A DNA stretch of 64,000 nt from Camelus dromedarius (Eukaryota). Where the stretch lies: NCBI RefSeq assembly GCF_036321535.1, contig NC_087436.1:107076001-107140000 (forward strand). The letters run 5' to 3'. The position numbers were made by a program, and so were the translations under genes. Every line of letters starts with the position of its first letter. Position 1 is the stretch's first letter. This document shows, piece after piece, positions 63,101 to 64,000 of the stretch. The notes below the pieces were generated by a model, which saw nothing but the letters and a program-made list of their open reading frames with translations, was not told the origin of the DNA and did no database searches.

Positions 63101-64000
63101 CTCACACACACACATGCACACACTGAATCTCTTAATAATAATGTACATTTTCTTTATATTTCATATTATAAAAGTTTCTTTTTAATTCGAGTTCTTTTGT
63201 AAACTGTGTTTGTTGAACAGAATTCTATTTAACACAGTATTTCCACATTCCATAGAGAGTGTGCATGGCAAGCTCTCTGAGTTGTAATCGTCCAACAGGT
63301 TTCTGGAACTAACTGGCTAATTCAGAAAGTCATCTCCTGCCTTAGGCTTGGCCGACTCTCACCCCTCTACAGTTCTCCACTGCCAGTCTGTCCTGACTTA
63401 ACTCCACTTGAACCTCATGCCAGTTGCTAAGTTCCGCTGAGAAATCTACCCCTTGTGGAACCAAACATTTAAAATCCTGACTTAAAAACACTTCTCCAAT
63501 TGCACCAAAAAGGAGAAAAGGAAATCTTTCCATGCCTCTTCCCCTTCTACTGACAGCTTGTCTCTCTCTCTTTTTCATCCAAATAAGCAGAGCTCTGTAA
63601 ATCTTGTCCAGAAGACACAGGCTGAAAGAATTAATCAAAGTGTTGTTTATGAGCTGCTCAGAGCAGATTAAATGTTGTGTTGACAACACAATTTGCAAAT
63701 TATCTATCAACATCAACAGACATACAGCAATGAGCTAAGCCAATTGGATACCTTTGGACATAAGAGGACCATGTATTTCCTAGTCTTGCTTCCAAAACAA
63801 AGGCTTTTTGAAAGAGTTTTATCCAACATCATTTGCAGTCTCATTGCTGCAGTTGAATTCCCGTTATAATTTACTTTGGACAATGCCAGTTTTATTTCTG
63901 CCACATACAGGTCAGATTTTCTATCATAATCTGACTACAACTTTTCCTTCCAGCCCCACTTGACTATCCCACTCCAGACATTCTATATTCCAATTCACCA

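Noticed and set aside
1..64000. The many short ORFs in the six-frame track as protein-coding genes
   Set aside because: They are 60-136 aa, often begin at non-ATG codons, overlap repeats and show no recognisable domains. Only the L1 ORF2 fragments have identifiable homology.
1..64000. Prokaryote-type systems (CRISPR arrays, operons, defence islands)
   Set aside because: The sequence is mammalian, with no regularly spaced repeat-spacer array and no gene-dense region.

Overview
This is AT-rich, CpG-poor mammalian genomic DNA that looks intronic or intergenic; it is not prokaryotic. The likely source is a camelid. That inference rests on a tRNA-Ala-like SINE at about 51.05 kb, cetartiodactyl-type L1 3' ends, and no Alu, B1, BovB, PRE-1 or SINEC copies that I could recognise. 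No protein-coding gene can be identified, and the only ORFs with recognisable homology are broken LINE-1 ORF2 pieces. Much of the window is transposon relic: young L1 fragments with target-site duplications (TSDs), old L1M/L2/MIR, MaLR/ERVL solo LTRs, and hAT/Tigger DNA transposons. Repeat family names come from recalled consensus sequences, and boundaries are approximate. The main things worth following up are: (i) a 40-nt CpG-rich candidate exon on the minus strand (19931-19970), with a frame-compatible upstream candidate (27750-28035); (ii) an L1 whose 5' UTR is fused directly to the RT region of ORF2 (54941-57285); (iii) a twin-primed, 5'-inverted L1 (29399-29989); (iv) two old local duplications; (v) a tandem duplication that creates three STAT/GAS motifs; and (vi) repeat-poor, CpG-retaining blocks that may be conserved enhancers. 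I found no convincing evidence of a novel multi-gene system.
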